In this document: positions 63,150-64,000 of the stretch, one piece after another
Position numbering within the stretch: position 1 is the stretch's first letter
How the letters are laid out: the number at the start of each line of letters is the position of its first letter
Origin: Octopus bimaculoides
Lineage: Eukaryota
Direction: 5' to 3'
DNA: 64,000 nt
Assembly: GCF_001194135.2 (NCBI RefSeq)
Contig: NC_068985.1
Span: 75,075,081-75,139,080 of the forward strand
Notes under the pieces: generated by a model
What the model was told of the DNA's origin: nothing
The model's database searches: none
What the model saw: only the letters and a program-made list of their open reading frames with translations
Program-made: the position numbers and the translations under genes

Positions 63150-63290
63150 TCATTATTTACATTATTTACATTATTTACTTTGTTTACATTCGACGGATAT
63201 TTGTCCTCATCTTATTTGTTGTTAACACAAAGTTTCAGCTCATATACCCTCCAGCCTTCTTCAGGTGTCTTGGGGAAATTTCGAAACTAC
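63150..63290 (-). mobile_element. Penelope-type terminal fragment with a hammerhead motif and ATTATTTAC tandem repeats
   Basis: Minus strand GACAC CTGAAGA a GGCT..AGCT GAAA CT TT GTGTT. Confidence 0.6.
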
Positions 63291-63319
63291 GCTATTTTTC
63301 GATTATTATTATTATTGTT

Positions 63320-63574
63320 ATTGTTCAGTAGTTTTATTTTTATAACGTGCTTTCACTTCACTACCGAGCGCAGCTCTGTGCGCCTTGGGTATGTGCTGTG
63401 GTTTGCTGTGGTGCTCTTATGTTTACTGTATTGAAAGTGTTTTGCGTAGAATGTGTGCAGTACCCAGTAGTGCACTTTTCTGTATGTTATATATATTTGT
63501 AAGACCTGGTGTTTTTGTTATGTATTTGTCTGAATATTTTTTTATTATACCTAAGGCACCTACTATGATAGGAA

Positions 63575-63577
<3 letters not shown>
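63320..63577 (-). mobile_element. R4/Dong-like 3' end (family of 11130-11470)
   Basis: IPIIVGALGIIKKYSDKYITKTPGLTNIYNIQKSALLGTAHILRKTLSIQ* followed by a UTR. Confidence 0.9.
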
Positions 63578-63639
<62 letters not shown>

Positions 63640-63672
63640 ATTATGATCATTATTGTTGTTGTTGTTGTTCAT

Positions 63673-63811
63673 GTCACTGCTTACAATCGAACTCCGAATT
63701 TTGGGGTTAGTAGCCCGCGCTCTTGACCACTATCCCATATGCCCGTGGGTGTAGTGGTTAAGAGCGCTGGCTACTAACCCCAAGATTCCGAGTTAGATTG
63801 CAAGCAGTGAC
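63673..63811. mobile_element. Head-to-head palindromic dimer of a tRNA-derived SINE head
   Basis: 60-bp arms (63673-732, 63752-811) with 6 mismatches. Each has an A-box-like TAGTGGT(T/C)AAG and a B-box (GTTCGA left, GTTAGA right). Confidence 0.8.
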
Positions 63812-63817
63812 CTGCAC

Positions 63818-63894
<77 letters not shown>

Positions 63895-63896
<2 letters not shown>

Positions 63897-64000
63897 GAGA
63901 ATGTTATCGCAGGGTGAGAGCAATACCGAAGACAGAGCTGAACGCGAGAAACAGGATCGAAGCGATCAATGCTCTAGCCATACCAGTCGTGACTTACAGT
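63895..64000 (+). mobile_element. R4/Dong-like post-RT fragment (runs off window edge)
   Basis: KRECYRRVRAIPKTELNARNRIEAINALAIPVVTYS. Confidence 0.8.

Noticed and set aside
63744-63811. Functional tRNA-Ser(ACT) gene
   Set aside because: The acceptor stem cannot be completed, there is no long variable arm, the B-box is mutated (GTTAGA), and it sits in a palindrome with AAT tails. It is better explained as a SINE head.

Overview
This is a eukaryotic, AT-rich, extremely microsatellite-dense window with five N-gaps. The SINE-like repeats resemble ones I recall from Octopus, so a coleoid cephalopod origin is an inference, not something the sequence proves. I find no host protein-coding gene I can support; there are only two weak small-exon candidates. 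The recognisable content is decayed mobile DNA. (1) About a dozen pieces of REL-endonuclease non-LTR retrotransposons (R4/Dong-like), most sitting in (AAT)n tracts with consistent polarity. (2) Four Tx1/L1-like pieces, including one near-full-length ~5.1 kb copy with a CCHC ORF1 and an APE-RT ORF2 (42.35-47.47 kb, minus). (3) CR1-like pieces with nested SINEs. (4) Two mariner-family elements and one DD41D (rosa/Visitor-type) Tc1/mariner element. (5) Penelope-like GIY-YIG and terminal fragments carrying degenerate hammerhead motifs. (6) Two internally deleted Helitrons with homologous 3' termini. The items most worth follow-up are a head-to-head palindromic tRNA-derived SINE whose AAT tails each adjoin an outward-facing Dong-like fragment, a 550-nt ORF-less module that behaves like a Dong-dependent retroposon, recurrent Dong 5' truncation at one microhomology site, and several fold-back or interleaved inverted-repeat junctions. 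All family calls come from motif recognition by eye; no database search was run. I do not see convincing evidence for a wholly new biological system.
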